This document shows positions 50,748 through 64,000 of a stretch of DNA of 64,000 nucleotides, piece by piece. Source of the DNA: Salpingoeca rosetta (lineage: Eukaryota > Protista > Choanoflagellata); the NCBI GenBank assembly GCA_033442325.1, contig JAWQFM010000006.1, positions 957,200 through 1,021,199 on the forward strand, written 5' to 3'. The translations under genes were made by a program, and so were the position numbers. The first letter of the stretch is position 1, and every line of letters begins with the position of its first letter. A model generated the notes under the pieces. The model was not told the DNA's origin and did not search any database. It was given only the letters and a program-made list of their open reading frames with translations.

Positions 50748-51813
50748 TCACATGCCTTGCTGGGCCATGGTCGCCGCGTGTGCTTGTGCCTCCTGGAACC
50801 TCTGACCAATACGCTGTGATGCAACGAAGAACTTGCCCACGCAGTTCTCCACACACGATTTCTACAGACGGGCACACACGAGTGCAAAAGAATGAGTGTG
50901 TTGCGAGGTGAATGTGTGTGCGTGTGTGTGCGTGTGTGTGCGTGTGTGTGCGTGCGTGCGTGCGTGTGCGTGTGTCGGGTGCGTGCGTGTGCGTGCGTGT
51001 GTGTGTGCGCGCTTTTGATAAGGATGAAAAAGAGAGAAAAAAAAGGAGAAGGTAAGAAGTGGACCAGCACAAAAAAGAAGTGGTGGTGGTGTCTTGAAGC
51101 GTTCCAAGAGGACATGGCACGGGGAATCAAGCGCAGGCCTCTAGGATAATTGCTCCAAATTGATCTCACAAGAAAGCGAACCATCCGCAGTCACTCGATT
51201 AACGACGGGAATGGATTAGTACTTGTTTCAGACGGAAGAAAACAAAACAAGGACGAGAGGGGAAAGGGGTGGGAAGAGAACAAACAGCACAAGTGACAGA
51301 GAGCGAAGGAAGCAAAAAGGACGAGAGAAAGGGAGGGGGAGAGAATCGAACCAAGAAGGAAAACCAAGCGCCAAGCGCCTTCGCTGTCAAGGGTGAACCA
51401 TAATGTGCTTGAGGCATTGAAATCGCATGGAACGCACACACACACACACATGAGCATGGTAGAAACACACACCTGCTGGCCCGTCAGTTTTCTGGACGTG
51501 AATTCGTTGCAGCAGGCGTTGAAGCACTGCTCTGTCAGCCGGTTGTACAAGGAGATAAAGTCGGAAACCTGCGACCATTCCAACGATCACGTGCGAGCAC
51601 AATCACACGGTCGCGTCAATCAAACATAGCATGTTTGTGTGTGTGTGTGTCTCGACAACACTTTCCAAGCCAGAAGCGGAGTATGTGCACCTACCCCCCC
51701 CCCCAAACACACACACACGCTTTCTCCCCCTTTTGTCGCAGGCTGACCTGTCGTCGCTGCAGCTGGGCCTCAATCTGGGCACGCTGCTCCGGGGGAAGTT
51801 GGTTCAGGTCCAT
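50748..51813 (-). CDS. TIMM9: Mitochondrial small Tim chaperone Tim9 (3 exons)
   Basis: VSDFISLYNRLTEQCFNACCNEFTSRKL..KSCVENCVGKF..SQRIGQRFQE, with the twin CX3C motif. Confidence 0.92.
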
Positions 51814-51995
51814 GATGGTATGTGATGGGTGCTGGGGTGGTGCGCTCTGTGATAGGTGAAAATGCTTCCCCCTGCCTGTTGCCTGTTGCACGCGGTTGCG
51901 GAAAATTTACTATGTAACTCACAATTTTCAGCAACCCAAAGCAAGCAAGAAAGGCACAGAAAGGATGAAGAAGACATCATGCAAAGCAGGTGTCG

Positions 51996-52052
<57 letters not shown>

Positions 52053-52200
52053 GTACGAACAAACACACACACAGACGTACACACACACACACACACAACA
52101 TACACTTGCTTTATGAACAACGACGTAACACGCAAGCAAGGAGAAGGAGGACGAGGACGAGGACGAGGAAGGGGAGCGCCAACCCCCCCCCCCCGGCTGC

Positions 52201-52519
52201 TCACACGGCGTTAGTGCGGTGCAGGAGGGAAGACGTGACACCAACAACGGCACCAGCCACAAGCGCGGCGGTGACAACAACGGTGAACAGCGACGGCTGC
52301 TCCTTGCCGTTGCCACCGCCATTGCCGGTGCCTTGCCGCCCTTGGTTTTGCTGCGCCTGCTGCGCCTGCTGGCGTGCGGGGAATGATGGGATGCTTTGCG
52401 AGGAGCGCCTGAGGTCCTGCTTGAGCGAATCAACAGCAGCCAGCACGCGGTGGGCAACGCGCTCAGAGTATTCTTCCATCTGGTGATACACATGCTGCAA
52501 GGAACATGCGCGCGCGCGC

Positions 52520-52550
<31 letters not shown>

Positions 52551-54010
52551 TGCGTGTGTGTGTGTGAGGGAAGGAAGAATGTGTACGAGCAGAGAACGTA
52601 CAATGCGTGATCATGCATCTGCATAATCAGTGCATGGAGGGCAGTGGACAGACCAGCGTCCAGCGCAAGAAACGTCACCACCACTGCCGCAGATGCAAGA
52701 CACTAACACAGCTGCACCACCATTCAGTGCGGCAGACGCACGACATTGCATCTCGCGCGCATACCTGGGCCTCGTGGGTGATGGGTCGGACAATGCGATC
52801 AATGTGCGACGCATGCGGGTGCAGGTCCTCGTGCGCGGCGCTGAGCTCATCTGTCACGTGCGACAGCTGGCTGCCGGCCTACGGTAGTGGCAGCAGCACA
52901 GGGAGAGCGTGAGCGCACACTGGCTACTTGGCAGTGGAAACCCTGCGCAGACAGCATTGTGTGCAAGAACAAGAAGCAATAGAAGGGGAAGGAAGGAAGG
53001 AAGGAAGGAAGGAAGGAAGGAAGGAAGAACAGTGACGAAACAACAACAACTTAAACAACTCAAACAACAACAACTTCAACAAAGCCAAAACTACTTTACC
53101 TGACGCAACAGGAACGCTGTCGTCGCCTTTGTCATCTTGTCATCACCTTCGCTCACCTAGCGTGCATGCATGCAAACAGAATGCAAGATCGCAGTTTTGG
53201 AGGTGCATGAGGTTGTGCTGAAGTGCATGTCCCATAGATAGGCACCAGCACACAACCACAAATAACATCAAGCGACAGTTCTGCGGGGACACACACACAC
53301 ATATGCACGCACTTGGTGGGCATATTCGAGGGAATGGCGAAGGTTGAGCGTGAGCTGCTCCAGGTGATCGAAAAGCGTGCGCGTCCCGCCAAGGTTTGCA
53401 GTAAACCACTCTGACGTGTTGAAAAGAGGAAGGGGCAGGGAGATAGAAGAAATGCAGAACATGGTTATCAAGCAGCAACGCGGGCAAGTGATGTGTACGC
53501 GTGAAAAAGCAAACATCAGCAGTGAACAACATCAACAACTCACAACTCAACCATCAACTCAACCATCAAATCAACCACCAACTCAAACACCAACCACAAC
53601 TCAACCATCAACTCAAACAACACCAACTGAACGCACGGGCGAGCTCGGTCGTGTCGATGTAGCCGTTGCCGTCCGTGTCAATGCGTCCAAAGAGCTCCTT
53701 CATCTCCTCTTCTCCCAGGCTCTCATCATCGAAGAAAGCCACAAACTCGTCGTACGACAAGCGGCCATCATCTGCGTGCACCACGTTCGACAAACAGACA
53801 ACCAACACACACGCCAATGACACGTCAAGATGAGAAACTCAATCCCACCTCCACCACAACACACGTGCGATCAAGCACACGTATTCAAGCAACACCGCTT
53901 CACCAACACAGCACACAACGTGCAAGGGCCATCGCACCGTTTTTGTCTGCCCTTCTGAACATGTCCTCCAGCAGAGCATGAGGCCCATCGTGTGCTGCTT
54001 GCTCGGCCAT
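52201..54010 (-). CDS. NECAB-like EF-hand protein with C-terminal transmembrane anchor
   Basis: Spliced FRRADKNDDGRLSYDEFVAFF..ELFGRIDTDGNGYIDTTEL.EWFTANLG..TAFLLRQ resembles the recalled NECAB N-terminus. It ends LFTVVVTAALVAGAVVGVTSSLLHRTNAV*. Confidence 0.8.
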
Positions 54011-54356
54011 GGTTGTTGTTTGTTGTCGCTTGCTTGGTTGCTTGCTGCTGCTTGTTGTTGTCGTCAGTGTTGCTTTTGTTTGTGGTCGTTGTGGATAAAT
54101 GGTACAAGATTTCAATCAATTTTCATGCGAAGGTTTGCGCGCTGGCGCCGCTGGTTTGAGTTGTTGTTGTGTGTGAACGAGCGAGTGTCAAACAACCACC
54201 GCAGACTCAGCCGCACCGCCAGCCACCACCAGCCACCACCAGCCACAACCTCCCTGTTCCTGCTTCCATCCCCCCAACACCCTGCCTCACTCCCTCCGCC
54301 CACGCCACACCCAAACACACCCTCCCTCACACCGTGTTGGCTTGTCGACATCAGAC

Positions 54357-55362
54357 ATGGCAGAGTCGACGAGGATGAATGAGGAAGGGCTGTTTGTGCT
54401 GGAGGTGGTGTGTGCGGATGTGAAGGTGGACGTGAGTGCACTGCAGGCCCCGTTGCGCGCCCCGCGGTTGTCGGTGCAGCTGCTCGACTATCCGCCTCTG
54501 ATCCTCCCAGCACAGCGACGTGCACCAGCCACAAGCACAAGCAACACCGACGCCAACACCGACACCGGCCGCGGTGGCAGTGGTGGCAACAATGCTGCTG
54601 TAGATGCTGCTGGGGCGACGGAGCGCCTCGTGTTCGCAGAGGGCGCATCGGCCCTGTTCAAGGAGCAGCCTGCCAGGTTCACAAAGGCGCTGCAAGGCGC
54701 TCCCCTCTATATCATGCTCTTGGACATCCCACAGGCACCCTCCACAGGCAGTGGACTGGTGCATGTCGCTGGCGTTGCGCTCGACTTGAGGGGATGGAAG
54801 AACGACACGCAACGCCTGCATGGCTTCGTGCCCGTGGTCATGCACGACGTCTTTGGAACACAGGTGGCCACAACAACCCTCAAGCTGTCCATCAGCGCGC
54901 TTGGCCCAGAAATCCTGCGGCACATGGACCCAAGCAGCCTGCGCCTGCAGTCGGCCGACCGGAGGCAGGACGACCTAGTTCGCATGCACCGCGACAGAGT
55001 CTTCCACTCGGCACCCACCACAAACGTGCACCTCCAGGCCGATAACAACGTGAAGAACACCAATGCCACACATGACACACCCGGGCACAGCGGGATTGGT
55101 GGCATGAGCGGCGTTGACGAAGAAGCAGATACGATGGCGGCATCAGGGCATGAGCCACAACTCGTCGTGTATCGTGGCGCGTCCACGGGCGCTGGTCAGC
55201 GCCTCACTCGCGTCGGCTACGTCACGTCTGCACTGTCGGCGCGCAGACACCGCGGGCCAAAGGCAAACAAGAGCTACCCACCCCCGCTCCGCTTTGAACA
55301 CCAGCCGCAACCACAGTTTCCGCCACACGAGACAGAGGCCAAAGACCAGACAGAGCACAAGC

Positions 55363-55439
<77 letters not shown>

Positions 55440-56516
55440 GAGGAGCTGCGTGTGCACGAGTCCCTGATGAGCCTGCCCGATTTCGACGGGAGCGGGTCGC
55501 TCATATCGCCGCTGATCACAACAGCGGACATGGCGGCCGACCCTGCGTTTGGGGGCATGGCAGCGCTGCAGGAAGAGGATGAAGATGAGGACGAAGAAGA
55601 CGAAGACGAGGAACAGGAGAAACAGGGCAGCGGTGGCACTCGTGCTGACAACACCCATGGAGGTGACGCATACACTGGCACTGATGAGAGCGAGAGCGAG
55701 GGGTACGGCGATGAACAAGAGACAGGCGCCAAGTCAGTGGCGGTGGAGGAAGGAGCAGAGGATTATGAAGAGAGCTTTGAGTCTGCCAGCCAATCACCAG
55801 TGTCGGAGGGAGGTGAGACGACGAGCGGAAGTGCTGGTAATAATAGCAGTGGCGAGAGAAGCGTGTTTGCAACTGGTGAAGAGAGCGAACACATGCAGGA
55901 TCGGCACCAGCAGCGGCGGCGGCGGCGACACACGCGCGAATCACAGCAGCACGGCGCTGATCACAGCAGTGGAAGCAGCGGGGGCAGTGGTGCCGACAGC
56001 GATGCGGAGAACGTGCGTGAAGGCGATCGGCCGTACACACACGCGCGGCGCGAGTCATCACGCTCAAGCACGCGCACGCGAGATGAGGAAGCAAGACGCG
56101 TGCTCAGCTCTCGGGAGAGCGCTGGGCCAGAAGGAGAGGTGGTTGGAGGCATGCATCGTGTGGTCAGCGCAACAACGCCAGCAGACCTCTCAGAGACACT
56201 TGGCGACAGTTTCCGCGACAGGTGCGTCGGACATATGTGTGTGTGCGTGTGTGTGTGCGCGCGCGTTTGTGTACATGTGTGTGTGTGTGTGTGTGTGCCA
56301 CAGTGCAGTTGCGCCTCGAAGGTTGTTGCGAATCTCATGCTGAAACACACACGCACATACATGCACACATACACGCGCCAACCACTAGGCCGACATCAGC
56401 GACGAATGCAGCCGACTTTGATCGGGCAGCGATGTGGGAGCACATGTTGACGCAGCAGAACGAGCAAGAGGAACAAGAAGAGGAGGGGCAGGGTGCTTCA
56501 GACACCTATGATGATC

Positions 56517-56556
<40 letters not shown>

Positions 56557-56935
56557 GGAGGAGGAGAAGGACGAAGAGGAAGAAGTCTCTGCCGTGTCTG
56601 CAGCTCCAAGGTACGCACGTGTATGAATAACACTGGCAACGAAGTGGCACATACTTGTGCTGTATTGTGCGAACACTGGGCTCACCTGCACCTGCTGCTG
56701 TGTGTGCTTGCTCGTTCGTTCACAGGCCGACACAGTCGCGGCCGCAATACGATGATGAGCAGCCCTGGGGTGAATCCATCGTCGCTGACAGGTGTGCACA
56801 CGCGAAGAGGTCCTGGCATGAGATGCGCTCACTGGTCATTGGCTTTGCACCATCTCACTTGCACGCTGACACACAGAAACACGCTCACCCTCATACACAC
56901 ACACACACACAAAACACACACACACACACCCTCTA

Positions 56936-56985
<50 letters not shown>

Positions 56986-57185
56986 CAAACACACCCTCAC
57001 ACACACCACGCAACACGACACACGACACACAACACAACACAACATGCAGTCTGGAAGTGACAGCAAGAGCAGCGCCCGCGTCTCCACCGCCAGCGGCGAC
57101 AACAGCGGCGTCGACATCGACTAAACTGAGCATTCTCGAACGCATTCGGCTCGCGCGCCAGAGCTTAAACGTCAGCAAGGACTGA
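54357..57185 (+). CDS. MAP10: Microtubule-associated protein 10 (KIAA1383)-like
   Basis: GLFVLEVV..SVQLLDYPPL..LVFAEGASALF..LQGAPLYIMLL resembles the recalled MAP10 N-terminal domain (LFSLELLV..FRLLDFPTL..FGRGKSCLF). A long acidic/polyQ tail follows. Confidence 0.7.
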
Positions 57186-57592
57186 AGCGTGCGGGAGTGC
57201 TGTGACTGTGAGCTTCTTGTTGTATATGCGTACGACCATGGCTGCGTATTCACGCTTGTGTGTTGAAAGTGTGGAAGTGTGCACCATGTTATCCCTCTGC
57301 TTCGCCGGCCCACATGCGCTTCCTCATCCTGAGATGGAAAGCATGAACACTGTATTCACTGCTACATGAGCGCCAACGCCGCACACGCGTGAAATCGACC
57401 AGAGAAGCAACTGCACGCACCACTCATCATTCATCATGGCCACAGCAGGAGTGAAGAGTACATTGGTAGAGCATCAACATTCAACATCCAACCACACCAC
57501 ACAAAACCTCAATTGCATCAAACATCAGCAGAAGCGAAATCATCACCACATCCCTGTTGAACATTGTCATCATGCTGAAGACATGGGTCGCA

Positions 57593-58382
57593 TCACAGCT
57601 TGCTCTGTCCGCCAAAGATGCGACGCGTTGTCTGCATGAGCGGGAGCAGGTGCTGCTCAACAGCGGGCGACACCTGCGATGGATGGAAGCGAGGGTGGAG
57701 AGGAGGGAGAAACGAACGGGTGAGGGGCGCGTAGCGTGTGCTGGCATGTGCAGGTTGAGACAACGATGAACGAATGATACACAGTGATGATTCACAACGA
57801 GCCTCAAGGCCACAACAACTGATGTACACAAGCACAAAGCACACACACATGCATACACAAAGCACGTACACATACACACAAAAGACACACAGGCACACAC
57901 ACATACACAAGACACACGCGCACACACATACACAAGACACACGCACACACACACACATGCGCGCGCACACACACACAAAAGACAGACGCGCACGCGCACA
58001 CACACACACAAGACACACACGCAACACCACCTCGTGCTGGTTCATGGGCTCCTTCTGCGCGTATTCATAGAGCGCCTCGTACACGCGCCCGTCAGCGCGA
58101 CCGAGGGCGGAGTTGAGGAAAAAGTCCGAGAGATCAAACGCATCGACAAGAGCAACGGCGTTGCGTCGGATCACAGTCCGCTCATCCTCGGCCTGCACCG
58201 CAGACGGAGTGGGTGGCGCATGTGTTGGTGGCACGTGAATGATGTGAAGATGATGATCTGCAGATGATTATTGCAGCAGCAGCGATGTGAAAGCAACTCG
58301 AACGCACACGCCACATACACTTAACGCGCGCACACACAAACATCACACACACACACACATCACGCATCAAACACTCACACAC

Positions 58383-58436
<54 letters not shown>

Positions 58437-59184
58437 GACCGCGCACCGCTTGCTTCATGTTGGCGATGGCTTGGCGCGTGAGCACATCTGTCTCGACGAC
58501 GTCGTAGGAAGCGAGACGAAGGCCGTAGAACCGGGTCAGCGACACCAGCACACCTGACGATGACAATTGCCAGGCGCGATGGTGGTGGTAAATGGTGGGT
58601 GGGGCGCTGAAAAAGAATGAAGACCAGTTGGAGGCGGGAAGAGAATGAAGAAGCGCTTGAGGTGGGAACAAAAGGAAACAGCACGAGACATGCGTGCATG
58701 GACTGACCGTGTGTCTTGTCATCGAGGTGAGCAGCACGAACGCCTTCCAGCAGATAGTTGAACACCATGATCTGATACATGACATTGGGTACGAGCAATG
58801 AAATGAAGTGGCGGTGGTGACGAAAGCATTACATGTGCGCTCAATTCTCGAACAACAAGCAACGCCCCGCACATCAAGAGTCGTCACAAATGAACGTAAA
58901 CGCAGACATGCACACACACATGCACAGAAAGGTTCGGAATTTCAGCAACACCGCTGCCGCCCAAAGACTCACCCTGCAGTGTGCCTGTGCAGCCTTCATG
59001 AGGACGGGAGCACACGCGTTCCAGGCGCGCCCGCTCGTAGCGTACCGCTGCTGCGCAGAGATGAGCGCCCCGTGCGCCTCCATGATGCGGCTGATTCGCG
59101 GTGCCGATGGTGGTGATTTGGCAGTTTGAGGAATGGAAGCATGAGGGCGTGTGAGACACAGTGTGTGTGTGTGTGTGTGTGACA

Positions 59185-59248
<64 letters not shown>

Positions 59249-61999
59249 TGTTCGTTCACAGTGCGCAAGACACTCACACGACGGCGATTGCGCGAAGAAT
59301 GAGGAGAAGATTGTCCAGATTCTTGACACCCTGTCAATGGCAACGGCAACGCAGCCATGTGATGTGATGTGAACATACAATGACATGATGCAGTCACGCA
59401 TGTGCGATTGCATGCGTGTATCTTGGCGCACATGCCCACACGCAAACGTTTCAAGACAACCACATGTAATATGAACCCAAAGTTGCGTACGTGTGTTGAC
59501 GTGAGCTTGCGGGCTGCCGCTGCCAGTGAGCGATCACCAAGATAGGCCAGATCAGAGGGCACGGGATCCTTTGCGGTGGAGAGTTGGTTGGTGGCAAGGA
59601 ATGTGTGTGTGTGTGTGTGTGTTGTGTGGGGTGTAAGTGAATGAGTTGTGCGTGCGTGAGAGTTACGTGTGTGAGTTGTGCGGGGGTGTGAGAGTTACGT
59701 GTGTGTGTTTTGCGTGTGTGAGAGTTACGTGTGTGTGTGTGTTGAGTGCTTTGTGGGTGGGTTGATGTATCAAGGTTCATGGTACTACGTGGTGGTTTCC
59801 AAAGCTGAGGCCATAAGTTGCACAGCTCTGATGCAGGTAAAACATGAATGGAGGCACGCCCGACACGACGGAAGCGGCCTCACCTTCTGCTCGATGGCGG
59901 CGACCATCTTCAGGAGATAGCGCGCACACTGCAGATACATGACGACATTCTCGCCCTGTTGCAAGGCAGCGAGAGGGAAGAGCAAGTCGAGGAGAGCGGA
60001 AAACGATAAGGGATGTCACAGCAGCGACAGTGTCAGCAGCGAGTTGGTTGAGCGAGCAAAGACAAGCGCTCGCGCACACACACACACACACATACACACA
60101 CACACACGCACACACACACACACGCACACACACGCACACCTCGTATGTGCATGCAGGGACGTAATCTGTGTAGAGATCGGGAAGGCCACTGAACTTGCTG
60201 TAGCCGTGGCCGCCACAGCACCGCCTGCACGCCTGCACACGACAATGACAACAGCATGGCGGTGGCGAGGCGATGATGGAGGTGGTGGTGATGGGATAGA
60301 ACCCCGCATGTTCACACACACATGCAAACACACACACAGAGACACGCACACACACGCACGCACGCACCCTCGCACACACATACTCACTCACTCACACACA
60401 CCTCGATGCCCTCAGAGGTGATGGTTGAGCAGTAGGCCTTGAGACCGGAGGTGGTGCCGTGGGTGTAGCTCAGCAGACTCAAATCGTTGGACGAGAGGGA
60501 CGCCTACGGTGCGTGATGTGGCCGAAGCAGTGAGCAGCACGCTGGCTGTTGTGCTGTATGTATGTGTGTGTGTGCAGAGGAACCTGGCCAGCTAGGAAAC
60601 CAAGCAAAGGAACAGAAGAGCAAGGAACAAGCAAACAAGCAAGCAAGCAAAGCGATCAAACGCACAATCAAACGAACGAGCGGATCACAGCAGCAGCAGC
60701 GACCTGAAGACGGTGGTAGAGGTCTGAGAGGATGCGTCCTGCAAAGTGGAATGCAAACGCCGCACCAAGCAGCTCAAACAGTGTCTCCTGCTGCACGGTG
60801 TAGTCGAGGATCTTGGACTCGGTCGTGTCCGTCTCGTCCATCAGCGACTGGCGGCGGACGGCGCCGTAGCGCACAGCAATCTGTTGAGGCAACGGCAGTG
60901 GTGATGGCAGTGGGAAGGTGAAGGTGGCGGTCGTCGTCATTGTTGTGAGACAGAAAAGTGATCGAGAACAAGGAAGCGGAGAGGCTGCAAAATGACAGTG
61001 GAAGAACACACACAAACACACACATACACATATACACATACACATGCACATGCACACGCATACACATACACTACACACACACATACATATACACATACAC
61101 AATCTCACCGTTGTTGCTGCCTTGAGGTGGAGGGCTGCGTCCATGATCATGTGACTTCGCACAAAGATCATCGTCCCATAGCTGCAGTGTCAGCGCGGAG
61201 ACGTTGAGTGCGCACATGCGTAAGCGAATGAGTGGGTGAGCGTGAGTGAGAGAGTGTGAGAGAGTGTAGTGTGAGTGAGTGTGTGTGTGTGTGTGTGCTG
61301 TCGGTGTGTGAATACTTCTCTCTCTCGCTCCCCCTCCGTATCGTGGCTGTACATTCACTCGTGCCCAACCTGAGTTTGGTGTTGAGGGGCTTGGAGTAAG
61401 AGCCATCCACAGCAACCTGCAGGCCATCACGATTAAGACTGGATGAGCATCATATTGGTGATGCAATATGTCGCACGCACACACACACACACACACGCAC
61501 AGATACATGTGCACAGATACATGTGCACACACACACATACATCACGACGAAAGCACACGCACGCATGACGCTTGCCTTTGCATAGCGGGAGAGGAGGTGT
61601 GCACGAGGGATGGCCACGGAATCGAAGCGGAGGAAGCCATTGTCCATGCTGTCGTAGCCAAACTTTGGTCCAATATCACCCACGGTGATGCCCTTGAGTG
61701 GGCGGTGCGTGTCCAGATCGCGAATCTGCACAATGAACGCGTGTGTGCCGTAGTCCCTGCCTTTGGTAATGAGTCGCGCCATCACCACGCAGTGCGTCGC
61801 TGTCTTGCCGAGTGACCCCGGCCACCACTTGGTCGACGTCAGCGTCGGGCTGTTGAGGATGAACGATTCGGTAGCCGGGTCGTACGTTGCCGTTGTCTCC
61901 AGCCCGCGCAGGAACGTGCCGTGCCCAAGCTCCGTCTGGCATTGTTGGTGGTGGCGGTGTGATGTGGTGTGCATTGCATGTAAGAAAGCGCGCGTGCGC

Positions 62000-62075
<76 letters not shown>

Positions 62076-63217
62076 TGCGTGTACGCAAGTGAAAGAGAGC
62101 GTGTGTGTGTGTGTGTGTGCGTGTGTGCGTGTGTGTGTTGTGTATGTGTGTGTGTGTGTGTGTGTCGACTTGCACTGCGTTGTGTTTGTACCATTGTGCC
62201 ACAAATGACCCACGCCAATGTGAACAGAGCTCTGTAACAGTTGTGACAAGTAGAATCAAGTCACCCCTAATCACCTGAGCATATGTGCCGACAATCTGCA
62301 TGGTTTCTGCGAGCGGAAGCCACTTGGCCTGCTGCTCCTTTGTCCCTTGCCCTTTGATGCAAGGAATGAACATGGCCTGCCAGCAGATTTGTGATTACAC
62401 CACAGAGCACGCGCGGCAGAATGAGAGACCCACGCTTGTGTGTGGGCAAGAAAACAATAAAGTCGAGTGGGAAGAAACCACCTTCTCACTTGGGCAAGAA
62501 GGCGCGTGGCATTGTGGGTCTCCCAGTATCAAACCGCACGGGAAGCATGCGCACATTACCCAGTGGAGCCCGACAGGCAGCTGTTCCCGGATACAGCGGC
62601 GAGCATAGATGGCGTCCTGGTCCTTCCACCCGTGCATGCGCACCAGCTGTACGAACCGCACGGTCTTTTCAAGCGCCCGCTCATACCTAAGGCGCCACCA
62701 CGCAATGTAGGAAAGGAGAGGGTGATGTTGCGTGTGTGAGTACGTGTGTGAGTTGCAGGGGCCACAAAGATTGCACGCAGCGATGGAGAACGCACGCAGC
62801 GATGGAGAACGCACGCAGCGATGGAGAATGCACACAGCGGCAGTGAGAGCAGTTTACAGCGGTGGGTAGTCCACACAGTGATGAGGAGTGCAAAACAATG
62901 ATGGGGAGTGCAAAACAGTGATGGGGAGTGCAAAACAGGAATGACGGGAACTGTTACGTGGTGGATAATTCATGTACACTGCCTTCACGATGCCACAGAG
63001 CAAGCGCTGTCACTGACCTGCGAGTGCGATCACAGAAGTAGTAGTCGTCCACGCTCATGACTTCGTCTGCTTCGATGACCCGGCGAATCTGCCTGCGCTT
63101 CTCCACAACCTCTGGCGATCCAGCGAGGAGAGCCATCACAGCATCCACATCCATCTCTGCCCCTTTCCTTTCCTCATCCAGTGGGCCCCTTCCGCCCACA
63201 CCAACACTGCCATCCAT
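57593..63217 (-). CDS. ACOX1: Peroxisomal acyl-CoA oxidase, multi-exon
   Basis: [93 protein letters not shown]-terminal PTS1 SKL*. Confidence 0.95.
62773..62937. repeat. Two intronic minisatellites: 19-bp (GCACGCAGCGATGGAGAAC) x3 and 20-bp (GTGATGGGGAGTGCAAAACA-like) x3
   Basis: Directly visible in the first intron of the acyl-CoA oxidase gene. Confidence 0.8.
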
Positions 63218-63388
63218 CGTCGCTTGCTTTGCTTCTCGCTTCTTGCCTCGTTTGTGCTCTCCTCCACACACGCAACAACAGTGGTCCTGTGTGCGGAAAA
63301 TTACAGAAAGATGTGCCCATTCTTCACGATCGATGACGAAGCAGCCAAACAAGCGAGGAAGAAGAAGGAAGACGATCAACACAGAAGA
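63218..63388. promoter_or_regulatory. Putative bidirectional promoter between ACOX1 and VPS45
   Basis: Head-to-head ATGs are only 171 bp apart. GAAAATT at 63296-63302. Confidence 0.55.
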
Positions 63389-64000
63389 ATGGACGTGGTG
63401 AAGGCAGTGCGGCACTACATCACCAAGATGGTGTCGGAGCATGAGGGCATGAAGGTGCTGTTGCTGGACAAGAACACGGTGCGTAGGAACTGGCGCTCAG
63501 TGCTGCGTATGTGTGCTTTTGTTTGAAGTATTGTGTCGTTGAATGGGGGTGTGCCGTGCTGTCAGCGCATCATATCGGCGCGTCACACGAACAGAGCGTA
63601 TCCTTTTGTAAACAAACGACCATGTTTTTCCAATGGAGCCATGCTGTTGTGCTGCTCGTGCTCACGATTGCGGTGATGCGATGGCCTTCTCCTTATGGCG
63701 TGATGCGATGGCTCTTTGCTCTCCTTCTCATGGTGTGGTTCCTTTGCGCGGGTAGACCACCATTGTGAGCATGGTGTTTTCCCAGTCCGAGGTGCTGCAG
63801 AAGGAAGTGTACCTGATTGAGCGCGTGGATGTTGCCCAGCGTGAGCCCATGAACCACATGAAATGTGTTGCGTTCCTGAGACCAACGCAGGTACGATGAA
63901 CATGTATACATGAGTGAGTGTGTGTGTGTGTTTGTCTGTCGGTGTGTGTATTTGTGTTTGTCTGGGTTTGCCACTGTGTTTGTGTACTTACTAGGGTACG
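63389..64000 (+). CDS. VPS45: Sec1/Munc18-family protein Vps45, first two exons (runs off window)
   Basis: [64 protein letters not shown]. Confidence 0.93.

Overview
Gene-dense, intron-rich eukaryotic DNA with (TG)n/(CA)n/(TTG)n microsatellites in most introns. The style points to a choanoflagellate, probably Salpingoeca rosetta (inference). I reconstructed 15 protein genes by eye: NUP188 (5'-partial), an intron-poor split F-box/LRR-like gene, kintoun/DNAAF2, YIPF6, a WASP-family nucleation-promoting factor, an M43 metalloprotease, a SAM-PH-SH2 adaptor, PDK, a carbonyl-reductase-like SDR, a PHO80-like cyclin, TIM9, a NECAB-like EF-hand protein, MAP10-like, peroxisomal acyl-CoA oxidase and VPS45 (3'-partial). 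There is also one full-length pogo/Tigger transposon with TIRs and a TA duplication. Most notable: (1) a WASP/Cordon-bleu-like chimera with EVH1, two Ras-binding-like domains, a degenerate GBD, six WH2 repeats and a C-A tail whose DDEWD end lies in a 26-nt last coding exon; (2) a Grb7/MRL-type adaptor with SAM and SH2 but no visible RA domain; (3) the transposon sits 6 bp upstream of the protease start codon; (4) a tail-anchored NECAB-like protein. A 1,499-bp tandem duplication beside an N-gap is probably an assembly artefact. All family assignments rest on remembered motifs, not database searches.
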